From: Octopus sinensis
Lineage: Eukaryota
DNA length: 64,000 bases
NCBI RefSeq assembly: GCF_006345805.1
Contig: NC_042998.1
Coordinates: 192,820,001-192,884,000, forward strand
Reading direction: 5' to 3'
The number at the start of each line of letters is the position of its first letter. The first letter of the stretch is position 1. This document shows positions 36,772 to 50,147 of this stretch, piece after piece. Under the pieces are notes generated by a model that was given only the letters and a program-made list of their open reading frames with translations, searched no databases and was not told where the DNA came from. The translations under genes were made by a program, and so were the position numbers.

Positions 36772-37149
36772 TTCCATCGCTCATGACAGACTATTCTCGC
36801 CTGCTACGATCTGCGTGTGTGCTTTTTTACACCAAGCACCTATTTGAGTGGATATCAAGGACATTAACACTGTATTCGGTGTATTAACAAGGCACCCATG
36901 CTTCGTTGGATATAAAGTTACCTTTTGGTATCACTACTGCTTCCGTCGCTAACACTTAATATATATGTTCATATATAAACGTCTGGCGAAGTCTAGCAAG
37001 CTGAAGCTTCGAAGTCACAGTCAACTCTCTTGTAAAAGTTTAATGAATATTTACTCTACTTATAAAGTATTGAGTAAGTTTAATATTAAATTGTTTTTAT
37101 TGACATAAAAAAAACCCATTAAGATATAGATAGACAAATAGATGGATAT

Positions 37150-37186
<37 letters not shown>

Positions 37187-37193
<7 letters not shown>

Positions 37194-37632
37194 CAAAGGA
37201 ATTCCAACTCTGTTTTTTATGGGTTTTTTTATATTTTTTATAATATTAATGTAGAATATATAGTATATATAGTAAAATGAAGTGAAGTATTGATTGTCTT
37301 ATTGAATAGATGAAATATTGAATATCAAATATTAAGGGACTAGTATACTTTCTTGCATTTAAGCTGTCTTCAAGGTCCCAGGTTGTGACAGGAATGTTTC
37401 AACTAACTGTCTGAAACAGTTGAAATATTCCTGTCACAACCCGGGACCTTGATGACTGCTTAAATACAAGAAAGTATACTAGTCCCTTAATATTTGATAT
37501 TCAATATTTCATCTATTCAATAAGACAATCAATACTTCATTTCAATTTACTATATATACTATATATTCTACATTAATATTATAAAGAATATAAATCAAAC
37601 ATAAAAAACAGTTGGAATTCCTTTGAATAATA
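37187..37632. repeat. Long near-perfect palindrome (about 215-bp arms) inserted in (TA)n
   Basis: Arms pair from TATTATTCAAAGGAATTCC / GGAATTCCTTTGAATAATA inward to a loop of about 13 nt at 37405-37417. Confidence 0.9.
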
Positions 37633-37669
37633 TATATCCCTCTACACACAATCATACAAACCCATTATA

Positions 37670-37724
<55 letters not shown>

Positions 37725-38263
37725 TTTACCAAGATTGAAGGAAGCAAACTGTCCGCAATACCCGAAAAACAAATTTCGAATGTTCTGAACCGATTTTCAA
37801 ATGTCCGCAGCTCAATATCTTAAACGTGTAAAAGAAAGGGGAAAAACAGGTCTGGGAGGAAAATAAAGTAATGTATTGAGTATTAATTTTATGTTATATT
37901 TTAATTGGTAAGACATTAATTTCATTGGTTATAGATTTTCAACACAGCATTTATTGGTTCACTGCATTTGTGAGGGTGTCGGCGACAATTGAGTGTTACC
38001 GGTTTTTCTATTTCTTGCCGATGTTCTAAAACCACGTTGTTGCTGAGTGAACTTTTTGCTTCTCAGTTGTTATTAGTATAGACGTAAGTAAGGTTATTAA
38101 CTATACAGTCATGCTTACGTCCACATTAGTAACGACTGACTGGAAGAAAAAATATTAAAATATTGAGTGAATTAAAAGTGTGGTTTTCCATTAACCATGC
38201 AGTTTCCGCCTGTGGTTTGATCTCACTGGCTTCACTGTTTTCAAGAATAGACCGATCGAATGT

Positions 38264-38651
38264 GGAATGGAAGCACTCCGTCGGTTCCGACGACGAGGGT
38301 TCCGGTTGATCCGATCAACGGAACAGCCTGCTCGTGAAATTAATGTGCAAGTGGCTGAGCACTCCACAGACACGTGTACCCTTAACGTAGTTCTCGGGGA
38401 TATTCAGCATGACACAGAGAGTGACAAGGCCGGCCCTTTGAAATACAGGTACAACAGAAACAGGAAGAAAGAGTGAGAGAAATTTGTGGTGAAAGAGTAC
38501 AGCAGGGATCACCACCATCCCCTGCCGGAGCCTCGTGGAGCTTTAGGTGTTTTCGCTCAATAAACACTCACAACGCCCGGTCTGGGAATCGAAACCGCGA
38601 TCTTACGACCGCGAGTCCGCTGCCCTAACCACTGGGCCATTGCGCCTCCAC
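38264..38651 (-). mobile_element. tRNA-derived SINE, family 1
   Basis: Full length; 13-bp TSD ACCGATCGAATGT. Confidence 0.92.
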
Positions 38652-39411
38652 ACCGATCGAATGTACTGAAGATAGAAATAATGAAGTTAATAACCTGAAC
38701 ATTTCATTCCATTCTCATTCGTAAGAGCCCCGAAGTAAATATTTCATAACGTTCTAAGACATTTAATGACAATTACCTCACGCGTTTTCGCGCTCTGCTG
38801 GATAAAGGGAACCGATGCATGTGCGGCGTAAACCACTGCAACCAGCTCGGTTAAATACTGTAACGGAATTTAACTCTTCCTGATTCTGCCTGGATACAAT
38901 TATGAATTAAACGCACTGCTATAACAAGTCTTAATGGTCCAACAAACACTTTAATGGGCTCATCATACAACTCCTCGTTCAGACTGTTGAAGTTTTGGTC
39001 TTTTGTTTTATCATTTTGTCAAGTAAGGAAGGTCAACGTTCATGACATTTTTTTTTCTCAAGCTCTTCGTGACTGGTGAGAAGAAAGGGTGGTGTTATCG
39101 TCAAAAGGGAAACCTATCTCGAATACTTGCAACAGAGCGAACAACATTAAAGCCACTCAGGGACCAGGTGGTATTGTGAAATCGGTCGATGTATTAAGTC
39201 TACCACTGAAAAACTCAGACCGACTGAAAGACTTGGACAAAAGCCTGGCACTTACTGACGACTTCTCCATAGATATTAGATACGCTGATTTATTTGAATA
39301 AAAAAGGCTCTACACAGAGCCTTATTGCAGAGGTAATACTGAAGGAAGAAACGGGAAAAGTCACGCGAGTATTGCTGGCATTTGACCAAGAAACCACACC
39401 CCATACCATAC

Positions 39412-39464
<53 letters not shown>

Positions 39465-39466
<2 letters not shown>

Positions 39467-39722
39467 TGTAAATTAAAACACATTAAGAGGCTTCCAAATA
39501 GGAAAGCCTTGTGCTAGAAAGAGCAGTAGAAAACTCAAACCACTAATTAGGGATAAGTTCTTGAAAGGAATGAAAATTAAAAACATTTACCATCTTATTT
39601 AGTTCCTAGACCATGGTTTCTCACTAATTTCAGTAAAAAAATATTTACTGGCCTCAGTAAATATTTTTTTACTGAAAGTAGTCAGAAACCATGGTCTAGG
39701 TTAATGTGTTTTAATGTACACG
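39465..39722. mobile_element. MITE with 22-bp TIRs and an internal 46-bp-arm hairpin
   Basis: CGTGTAAATTAAAACACATTAA / TTAATGTGTTTTAATGTACACG; hairpin 39605-39700 with GCCT loop. Confidence 0.7.
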
Positions 39723-39879
39723 ATATTTTTATGTGAATAATATATAGTCTATTGACTAATTTTTTTTTTGTACTAGGCCACTGGTAATAATAATTTCAAT
39801 AATTCTTATTACCCTAATATTATTTATTATGTTTATATATATAACGATTAAAAGGAGTATTTCAACGGGCTCTTGCCAT

Positions 39880-40560
39880 TGCCAACCACGCCAGCTGCAA
39901 GGCATTCTACAGAGTTTGTCATGCGAATCTCCTGTGGAACCTTCCTTCCTATGGACTCCACCCATCTCTCTTCTGTCAGATCGCAGTATTGTCACCATTG
40001 TTGACAATGCTCTTTCTGTCTGCTATATTATGAATTCCGACGTGCTTCAAGATTCACTCTCTTCCTTCTGTGCATCAGTGATTTGCTGTCACATCCAACA
40101 ACACCCACTCTTACTCAGATGCTACTAATCTTCACTCCTCTCTCACTTTCCCCAACCGTGCATTATTCACTTGTAACCAACACCTTATACACAAAATTGG
40201 TTCCATGAAAAGAGACCTTAAAAGTATCTTATAATGAATATGCACCTATCTTCTTTTAGTCAACAGTAAGAAAACGCAAACCTTTTCATTGCCAAGACAA
40301 TATTATCATGCCCTTCAATCATGAGAATCACTCAGCTAGAACCCTGGAAACTACCTTAATTGTTGAGTCTCACTGTCACCGAGAATTTCTTCTCACAAAA
40401 ACACGTATCTAACATAGCTAATAATTGGTCCTGCACTTTAGGGCCAGAAGATACTTCATCCTCCTACTGCATCCAAGAATTGTTGATATTCTACAAAGCA
40501 CACGTAAGGCCGACTACCGAGTATTGCTCTCACATTTGGGACGGCTCGTATGTATGTGAT
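39880..40560 (+). mobile_element. Heavily decayed CR1/Jockey-group LINE RT fragment
   Basis: Fragments RVCHANLLWNLPSYGLHPSL, SDRSIVTIVD and FYKAHVRPTTEYCSHIWDGS. Confidence 0.78.
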
Positions 40561-40831
40561 AAGGCACATTCATCAAAAATATTTTGGTCAACTTCAAATT
40601 CACGAAGAGATCTATTCGTCGAAATATATTCGCAAAACAACTTATTCGTAGAAATAAAGAAAAGAAAGAAATACGCTGAAACGCAATGTCGAGCAAATAT
40701 TTTAATTTACAACTTACTGTAATTTTAAAATGATAAAAACAAATTATTTAAAAATAAAATACATTATCCTTTCATGGTGTCAGTTTTTTTAAGAACATAT
40801 TTGAGTTTTCTCAAATTTAAAATCTTGAAAT

Positions 40832-40914
40832 GCTTTGCTGAAGAGGAAACTGATCAGATGAAGTGTGATTTTTGCATTCTTCATACCGATCTAATTCCGA
40901 AACGCGTCCTCAGG
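40832..40914 (+). ncRNA. Type I hammerhead motif with canonical core and extended helix II; helix I eroded
   Basis: CUGAAGA GGAA...AUGAAG...CUUCAU...UUCC GAA ACGCGU C|CUCAGG. Confidence 0.62.
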
Positions 40915-41710
40915 TAATCAAATACCGAGTGAATTTCATTGTTTTTCCTCTCTGTCTACGTGAGTTGTTTTGAGTATATGTTGTCCGGGAGTTTCTTCTT
41001 ATAGTAGAAGAAATAGCTAAGTTTTTTGGCTGCTATTTCTAAAGTCCGGTATGTGGTGAAGCAAATTTGTGCTGAACCCTGATTATAATTATACTCATAA
41101 TCATAATATATATATATAAGGCAAGGAAGTGTGACGAATGAACTCTGGCCGAAATACAATTAATATGAAATAAAGCTGAATCCAAGTGAACACCAAATAT
41201 ATAGTGCGTGTGTTTTATTGGCTAAACTGGCAATATGACTAGCCCCAAATACAGCAATATATATATATATATATATGCATATATATAATGTCATTAGGAG
41301 AAAAAGTAATACTCACTAAAACAAGAATTTCATTTATATTCAAGATTTTATATGTAATACCTCAAAGGTTGCTCAAAATCTCTATTTACATAGTTCAATA
41401 CAACTTGAATTCTTTCTAAGGAACTAATACCATTTACATTCTTTGGCATAACGAGTGCATCACTGCAGCGACTAACTTTCCAACATCGAAAAGATGCTGT
41501 TCTTTACGTATAGCATCCAATATGTCATAAACATGTGAATGTCATTTAACGATGGAACCAAAGTATCAGTGCCAGGTTTTAGTATGATTATTTGTGCAAT
41601 CCTCGTCTTGGGAAGTTGTGTTTTAGACATTCCGGTCCACCATATCGTTCTCGACATCCTTTTTCTAAGATACAACTTCCTGGAAATGTTTTAGAAGTAG
41701 CTACATTCCA

Positions 41711-42104
41711 TTTACTCTTTTACTTGTTTCAGTCATTTGACTGTGGCAATGCTGGAGCACCGCCTTTAGTCGAGCAAATCTACCCCCGGACATATTCTTT
41801 GTAAGCTTAGTACTTTATTTTGTCGGGCTCTTTTGCCGAACCGCTAAGTTACGGGGACGTAAACACACCAGCATCGGTTGTCAAGCGTTGTTGGGGGGAC
41901 AAACCCAAACACACACATATATATATATACATATATACGACGGGATTCTTTCAGTTTCCGTCTACCAAATCCACTCACAAGGCTTTGGTCAGCCCGAAGC
42001 TATAGTAGTAGAAGACACTTGCCCAAGGTGCCACGCAGTGGGACTTGAACCCTGAACCATGTGGTTGGTAAGCAAGCTACTTACCGCACAGCCACTCCTA
42101 CGCC
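41711..42104 (-). mobile_element. Family 2 CORE-type SINE
   Basis: Full length; possible TSD CTACATT. Confidence 0.9.
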
Positions 42105-42413
42105 TACATTTGGCAAACTTTACATTAGGCATTATCACCTGAAGAACGTAGGTATCGTTTGGAACCTACCTTAATCAATAAATAGAGACATCATTATGTC
42201 ATTTAAAGAATTGTTTCCTCTTGCGTATGGCACTCTATCTTGATTGCATGTTTGCCTACTTTGATATTTTGTTCTAATTTTCATATGTACATTTGCTCAT
42301 ATTAAATATACTTTCACTTGCATGCATTACCGAACTTTGTCAGTTAATCTAAATAACAATAAATCACTGCATCACTTTATTATTATCATTATTATTATTA
42401 TTATTATTATTAT

Positions 42414-42474
42414 TGCTTGGAATCGAACTCGGAATCCCGGGGTTAGTAGCCCGCGCTCTTAACCACTACGCCAT
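42414..42474 (-). mobile_element. Isolated tRNA-like SINE head
   Basis: TGGCGTAGTGGTTAAGAGCGCGGGCTACTAACCCCGGGATTCCGAGTTCGATTCC: A and B boxes but no acceptor stem; followed by (TAA)n. Confidence 0.65.
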
Positions 42475-43072
42475 AATAATGTTCATAATAAGTGGTCACC
42501 GATGGAAAAAAATTCGGCTAAAATGCTTTACAGTGTTTTTGTTTCATCCCTCTAAGTTTGCGATTGTTCCTTATCGTGGTCCCTGTCGTCTTTCAAACCT
42601 TATTTATTTGTATGCATTGGCCAAACACAAAGCTTATATTTTATAGTTGGGAGAAATATCGGAAAATATAGGCGAACCCATGTTTTCCTAGCTGTATGAA
42701 CGAAATTGATTTCAAACTGGGATTTAATCCGCCGCTGGAATTGTTGTATGAATGAACAGAATGAGCGCAAAAGGAAAATTTATTTCCTAATTATTTCATT
42801 TACATCTATTTCATGTGTAACACACAGAGAAATGTCTGAATCAGCGCGTAATTTGTAGCCTCTCGTAAAATAAGACTTGGTATTTTAACTCAAGGTGAAA
42901 CCTATTTTGTTCTTACGCTGTTTAGTTTCTACCGTCTTCCCAAAAAGTAGTGGACTTGTGATAACAGGCTGAAGATTGGCTACAGCGGAATATTGGTTAT
43001 CCTACATTGACAGGGTATGTCGTGTATCCTCTTCACCCCCAGCATGTCAGATATTCCAACAAAGGTCAAAAA

Positions 43073-43487
43073 GGCGGCGAGCTGGAAGAAACGTTAGCAC
43101 GCCGGGCGAAATGCGTAGCCGTATTTCGTCTGCCGTTACGTTCTATGTTCAAATTCCGCCGAGGTCGACTTTGCCTTTCATCCTTTCGGGGTCGATAAAT
43201 TAAGTACCAGTTACGCACTGGGGTCGATGTAATCGACTCAATCCCTTTGTCTGTCCTTGTTTGTCCCCTCTGTGTTTAGCCCCTTGTGGGTAGTAAAGAA
43301 ATAGGTATTTTGTCTGTCGTTACGTTCTGAGTTGAAATTCCGCTGTGTTCGACTTTGCCTTTCATCCTTTCGGGGTCGATTAAATAAGTACCAGTTACGC
43401 ACTGGGGTCGATGTAATCGACTCAATCCCTTTGTCTGTCCTTGTTTGTCCCCTCTGTTTTTATCCCCTTGTGGGCAATAAAGAAATA
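43073..43487 (+). mobile_element. Family 3 SINE head-to-tail dimer
   Basis: Junction AAAGAAATA|GGTATTTTGTC; TSD CCAACAAAGGTCA (43056-43068 and 43492-43504) flanks the whole dimer. Confidence 0.9.
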
Positions 43488-45847
43488 TATCCCAACAAAG
43501 GTCATATCATCTGGTGTTGGACTGTCCGGCTACTTCGACCCGCAGGTGGGGTTATGGAACAATCTGAGAAGCATCGACTTGAAAGACATTATATGAAACA
43601 GTAACCACTTCACTGACTTACTTTCTCTGAAGATGGAAAGTGGTGTTCATTTTCCTTCTTTTTCTTTTCTTTTTTTTTTTTAAATATAAACTAATTTGAA
43701 GTGAATTTTGTATGACATCTTGCTAAGAAACCGTTTAAATATGTCGAACCAATAAAGGAACCTTTGTGTGAATGTTCGACTTGCAAGAAATAGCTATTAA
43801 ATTTCCCTCAAATCCAACCCTATCGTCTTAAAACAAGGAGGGTACATTAAGTAATAAAGACGATGGAGAGTATTTTCGACTGAAATACCTTAGATCATGG
43901 GTTTGCTCAATCAGACTAACCTGGGGCTGAAAAACAACATGAATGCCTACTTAAGATGCTAGTTTTCATTTTACATTAGAATGAGACATATTGATGCCAG
44001 TATTTTTGATGGCGAGGAGTTATGGCGGTGACATGTTGACAAAAAAAATAAAGCCATCGGAACGAATAATGTATTTGTGTATTTATTGTTATCTCTGTTC
44101 GTCCTGAGTTTTTTTTATCACGTTTCGAGCGTTAATAAAATAAGTACCTGTGATATACTTCAGTAATATAACTATTCCTCATAAATATTGGCTTTCTGAC
44201 TAATTAAAGACGTTTCAAGTTGTCGTTAATAGCCAATTTTGTCTACTTATACGCTAATCAACTAAAACAAAAAAAAAAGAAGTATTGTATCCAAAGCCTA
44301 TGATAATATTTCTGGTATAAGTGTGTGAGAAGTTCGGTGAAATTTGGTACTAGGTAATTATTAGTCTTGTGTAAGAAGTGCAAGTAGGAATATATACGCA
44401 AAAAGGACTTTCGAAAAAAGTATTGTTGATTAGGATATTAAAGACTATCAAGAGAAAACTGGTAGATATAATGCTAAACAATAAAGTTTTATATGTTGTG
44501 GATGTGATGAACAGAATTTTATCTTTAGACAACTCGATGGTGAAGAAATTGTAATGATGGGTTAAGAATGGAAATAATTCCTGTTTACCATTGTATTTTA
44601 AATTATTAGTTTTATTTATTTGTTTTCATAAATGATCAACGTTCAGACATATTTTCCTGGTTTCCTGAAACATTTGTATATAAAAAAATTCTTCCTAACC
44701 TTATAATGTTACCTTACCATTAGTCAAGAAATGAGCTCAGTAAAACGAAACAATAATATGGTACTTCAAAAAATCGCCAGACAAGTTTAGTACCTATCAA
44801 TTTCGAACTGTATCGATTTTTATTTATTTCGTTGCCCTTCCGTGTTGTACATCGTTAAAATAAATCGTACGGGATAAAATGGATAAAATTAGAAAAATAT
44901 TTATTCACATCTAAAACTTATAATAAAACAATTGGATGAATCTGCTAGACAACATGATTTAAAACTACTTCTGAAAATGTAATAATTTCTTTCGCCTTCT
45001 CAGGTGTATAGATGCACTTAGATATCCACTTACTCCCAAATATTTCTTATTTTCAATTAATTTTTATTATTCTTCAATCTGTATCAGTTTTCTTTTTATT
45101 ATGTTGCTGTTTCTTTTATTCCACAGTTTGGTTTTTTATTTTTATTTTTATTTTTTTCAATCCTTCAATATTGATATTAATTCGATCTATATTTTTCCCC
45201 ATATTTATTCTCTATAATTTCACAAAACTTCATCCTAAAACGCAATTCTATATATTCACATGTATTGCCTTTTTCGTATTTACTAATATATTTACTCATT
45301 CCTTACAAATAACCATCTCACATTCCTAAATCGAAGTGCGGGATGGATAAAATCATTTTACTTTTGTTCATCCTCCTTTCGATTTATGCTTCCAGCCAAC
45401 ATACAATATATAATTTCAATTTACTCCGTTTTACCAGTTTTGTTAAAACCTCTTTTACTTATATTTCATTGTTAGAGACATCAGTCGTAACAATATTGCA
45501 TGGAAATCATTCCCAATTAAACTAAGAATCTAAAAAGGTAAAAAAAAAGAAAAATATGCATCATATATTTAAATCTGGTAATCTCAAAATATTCCAGTTA
45601 TTGGTATTTTGCATTATTAAAATGCTGCTCTTAGAATATGATCATTAATGAATATCTATTGAAAGGGGATTATCTTATCTATGGTGATGTTTTAAACCTC
45701 CCACATACACACACGTATATAATATGGCCATCGGTGTATCATACTAAATGTACGCACACCGTTTGAAGGTATGAAGCTATGAAATTGTCCGAGATGAGAA
45801 ATCGCTTCATAGATTTGTTTTAAAAACATGATTATATATCTATTTCC

Positions 45848-46077
45848 ATTTCTTTACTACCCACAAGAGGCTAAACACAGAGAGGACAAACAAGGACAGA
45901 CAAACGGATTAAGTCGATTACATCGACCCCAGTGTGTAACTGGTACTTATTTAATCGACCCCGAAAGGATGAAAGGCAAAGTCGACCTCGGCGGGATTTC
46001 AACTCGGGATGTAACGGCAGACAAAATACCTCTAAGCATTTTGCCCGGCGTGCTAACGATTCTGCCAGCTCGCCGCC
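45848..46077 (-). mobile_element. Family 3 SINE monomer
   Basis: Full head to tail. Confidence 0.88.
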
Positions 46078-47866
46078 CTGCTTAGATAAATATTACAGAT
46101 TGTGTTATAGGCTTATCCTATATATGACATTGTTTTGGCTTTCTCTTCATATTAGAAGTACATACCTTGTAATATGTACAAAACTAGTTTCTACCAAGAT
46201 CTCATCATCGTATATAAATTTTTTCTAACTAATTTAGTGTTCTGAGACTCCTATTCATAATTCTCACGGAAAAATTATTTTTTATGTGTTCGTAATTCTT
46301 AATTTACAACTCATACGCGCACTCTCTCACAGACACACACACACACTTTGTAGATAGATAGACAGACAGACAGACAGGTAGACAGACGCACCCACACGTT
46401 GTTTAGTTTATTGTTATGACAAAAAAATCTTCACGCCTAAATAGCAAACGCCCTAAAGGTTAATTATTTAAAGTAAAGTTGTTGACAATTTCAACGGTAT
46501 CACTGTTTCACTCTTATGGCAAGATACTGTGTGTACGGAAGCGTATGTGTAAGGAAAACGCTTATTATCTGGGGCGTTTTGTTATCCAACTATCATCCCC
46601 CAAAAGACAAACTTTTGGGGTAGAAGAAATTGTTCAATAAGTTTATACAGTTTTATATTTAGCGCAAATAGTAACTTGTCGAATTATACACAGTTGAGTC
46701 CGCTTAATTGCATATCCTCGATGATTAACATTCTTATACAATTATCCGAAATCACTCAAAAAGCAATAAATGTCTGTAGTAAAATATTGTGGCTGTATTA
46801 TAAATGATTGCGCTGTGTAATTAAACAAGAATTAAATTTTTTTGTATATTTATTGTATGTTTTATGTACACATAATTTACTATGATTTGCCTAGTTCAGG
46901 CCATTTTTTTTTATGATACGTATTGGCAACGCAATCCTTTGACTTCTTACAAGGTTTTGTAACTCTCTTTGATATTCTTTGATTATCAAAGTTTATCTAG
47001 ATTCAGGCTTCCTGAAAAACCCGTCAGTGGCTTCTATACATTTTCTATTACTCGCTTATAATAACTAGAATCATGAAGGTTAAGAGAAGTTTTATTGGAT
47101 CAATCCTAAGCGAATGCAACAAAATGGCGTCCGTCCACTTCTTGATTAAAAACTACAAATTTACAAATTTTATCTATGATGAAAATATATATCTATTAAA
47201 GAATATTTTTATCATGCAATGTAAATATGATATATATACACCGACGTCTGAGCTCCGTCAGTCTTTGACTCATAAAAATGATACTTAAATACAATAAGCC
47301 GTTTTATCGTCTTTCATATATAAAAGTACAATACTGGTTGCTTTCATTCTAATTCATTATGAATACTGAAGCATCCCGTGTCATATCAAATCAAGTAAAT
47401 ATCTAAATTTAGGAGACCTTTCAATTTAAAACTACAACTTGAAGAATACAGGGTACAATCAGCCACAGTTGACTTTATTTGTGCGAACACTTTCATCGGT
47501 TGATTTTTCCGGAGAGCTAATGCTAAAAGAGTCAAGACTATTGAAAAGGTTGCAAGACGCAACGAAAATTTTAGGAAAAATAAAAATAAGAAATAAGTGG
47601 AAATTTTACCGGTGAGTGTGTTATGTTATAATGCTAAAAGGTTCGGTGTTTTGAAAAGTTATGTAAATTAGCGAAATATGCAATTATCAGGTACAAAAGT
47701 AAGCGAAATCGACTGTACTTTGTTGTTACCGAGGTCAATAACAGATTTGAATACACTCCATTGTCAAAGGTTGTTGAAAAGCTAAGTTGCAATTAAACTT
47801 AATAGATTCACTTGATCGTATCTACACTCCTTTATAATTTAGAAAGAAGTAATTTTTTTTTTCTAA

Positions 47867-48264
47867 TCTCTATATATAAAGCTGAAGTTGTCTGTGTATG
47901 GCAGGTTTGGTAGCCTTCAACTAACACTATCTCCTCCGAGAACCTGCGGCGCAAGTTGACCAAAATTGAGAGTATGATAGACGAAGGCTTGCTCTTCCTT
48001 CCGTAGAAGAAAAAATTCAAATTGGACCATGTTAACACCAAAAATTATTTACATCAAAAAGGTGCTTTTTTTTTCTATGAAAATCCCTACTTTTTACGAT
48101 TTTTTGACTGCTGTGTCGTCATTTTTCGGTGTATTTCAACCAGAAAAATGTTCACTTAAAGAGAATAACAAGCTACATTATGCAACATTTTTACTTTTCA
48201 AAACTTCCAATTCTAAAGGGTCGAAAAGAAAACAAGCCCGAGCAATGCTGGGTTATACTGCTAG
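47867..48264 (+). mobile_element. Non-autonomous Helitron, family A
   Basis: A^TCTCTATATATAAAGCTGAAG ... CCCGAGCAATGCTGGG-TTATACTG-CTAG^T. Confidence 0.82.
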
Positions 48265-49471
48265 TACAGTGACAACTGAATAGTGAAAAGTTCATTCTAG
48301 ACGAATCCCCTCTAACGTTTCACTCTAAACTGAGAGAACGTGGGGACTATATATAAATGAATGCATTTGTGATTAATAGTAATAATAATAATAATAATAA
48401 TAAACTATGGTGATCTTTTGATTTACGAAAGATCACCAAAATGAAACGAATTGGAAGTGAACAAAAATCGTAACAGTTAATGGTCCATAATCGATAGAAT
48501 TAAGCGGAAAGATGCCTGATGTAAGAAAACAACATTTGCGAAATCAGATTTGGTGTCAAATGCGATTTATTTATTTATTACACAAATTTATAGATTTAAA
48601 TGTAATAATTCCATAAGGAAGTAATGTCTTTGTGAAAATGATGACAGGTAAACAAGTCTTGTGAATGAATTAAGAAAGGATTTGTCTGAAGTTCTATGCC
48701 TTATTTTTTGATGAAAATTCCCATGACCTTTCGATTGTATTTGTATGTAATTTTGCGTCCTTGGATCTACGAAATGAACATCAGGGAAAAAAAAACTGAT
48801 TCCCTTGATTGAAGATTTTTATTCATTACCGATTATAGCCAACTTTCTTTCGTCTTGATACATTGCAATTCCTTTCAGTTAGAGTTCACTTTGTTGTTTG
48901 ACATTAAATGTTCATAAATCGAAAGATCACTGAAACCATTGCGATATTTTATAACGGAGCTTCAAATTAATTCGATGCGATTTGTTACCCCATTATTCTT
49001 TCATTTGCTGAAATTATATATTAGTGACAACAGTCGTAGTTTGGATAACAATCACGGACCAGTTTAATTAATGGTGAACACAAACACAGCAAAAAAATTA
49101 GTACTCATTGGACAACATATATTTTTCCATTGAGAATAAAGGAGCGAGATAAGATAATCTTCGTCACTGACATTATTTCATTTGAACAATTTGAACGGAG
49201 GAAACCGTTTATAATTGATAGCTGTCAACTACAAAACGGTAATGGATCTAATTATAAAGCAACTATCTTTATTTTAGAATCACATCTAATGTGAATATGT
49301 AACGTGGGATGCGCTGAACGTTTGCTGTATTAATCTTTATTGCTGTGAGATGTAAGAGTACGCCTCGTTGAACGGATTTACAGTTGAGTGTCCTTCCTTC
49401 ACGATATATGGAATGTTGTTGACTAAAAGATGTTTCACTTCGAAGGCATCAGATAGAAGTGAACAGCTACT

Positions 49472-49696
49472 TATTTCTTTATTACCCACAAGGGGCTAAA
49501 CACAGAGCGGACAAACAAGGACAGACATAGGTATTGAGTCGATTACATCGACCCCAGTGCGTAACTGGTACTTAATTTATCAACCCCGAAAGGATGAAAA
49601 GCAAAGTCGACCTCGGCGGAATTTGAACTCACAACGTAACGCAGACGAAATACTGCTAAGCATTTCGCCCGGCGTGCTAACGTTTCTGCCAGCTCG
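49472..49696 (-). mobile_element. Family 3 SINE monomer
   Basis: Sequence identity to other copies. Confidence 0.88.
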
Positions 49697-49726
49697 AACA
49701 ACTACCTTCAAGTGGAAAACGAAAAC

Positions 49727-50147
49727 GGATCTTTTCGGTTTGAACGGCAGTTTTTTCTAAGCGGTGTCATATGAAATTGTCACCCATAATTATGACCCTA
49801 GTATCGATCTATTGCATTTCAATCTGTTTTAGGGTTAGGGTTAGGGGTGGGGGGAAGGGTATCTTTTTTCTTCACAAATGTAAATAAACCCAATCTGTTT
49901 TCTTAAACGAGGGACATATTCATACGGCACAGAATATTTTTTTTACCTCAATAGACGTCATTGATTGGCTGAAATTGCAGAAATTGAAGAAAAAAACCCA
50001 ACAAATATCTTACAAACTATAGAATTTTCTCAATAAAGCCAAGAGAAAAAGATGTTTTATAAACACATTCTACCAGTATACGAAGTTTAGAATTTTTTAG
50101 TTACCTAGAAATTATGTTAAAAACTGCCGTTCAAACCGAAAAGATCC
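49727..50147 (+). mobile_element. GGATC-TIR MITE (copy 4)
   Basis: TIRs; 8-bp TSD ACGAAAAC / GCGAAAAC (1 mismatch). Confidence 0.87.

Larger units (their letters stand above)
36002..36960 (+). mobile_element. About 1.5 tandem copies of a roughly 345-bp HHR-bearing unit (retrozyme/pLTR-like), interrupted by a MITE
   Basis: 36002-36140 aligns with 36791-36915 and 36601-36622 with 36941-36960; HHR at 36726-36771. Confidence 0.55.

Noticed and set aside
39062-39410. Possible exon after TTTTTTTCTCAAG (ORFs 39089 and 39294)
   Set aside because: Frames are broken by stops and no homology is recognised; could be repeat debris.
42414-42474. Possible tRNA gene
   Set aside because: No acceptor stem or complete cloverleaf; better explained as a SINE head.
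46690-47810. Pogo/Tigger-like relic (CAGTTGAGTCCGCTTAATTG end)
   Set aside because: No convincing second TIR or continuous transposase motif.
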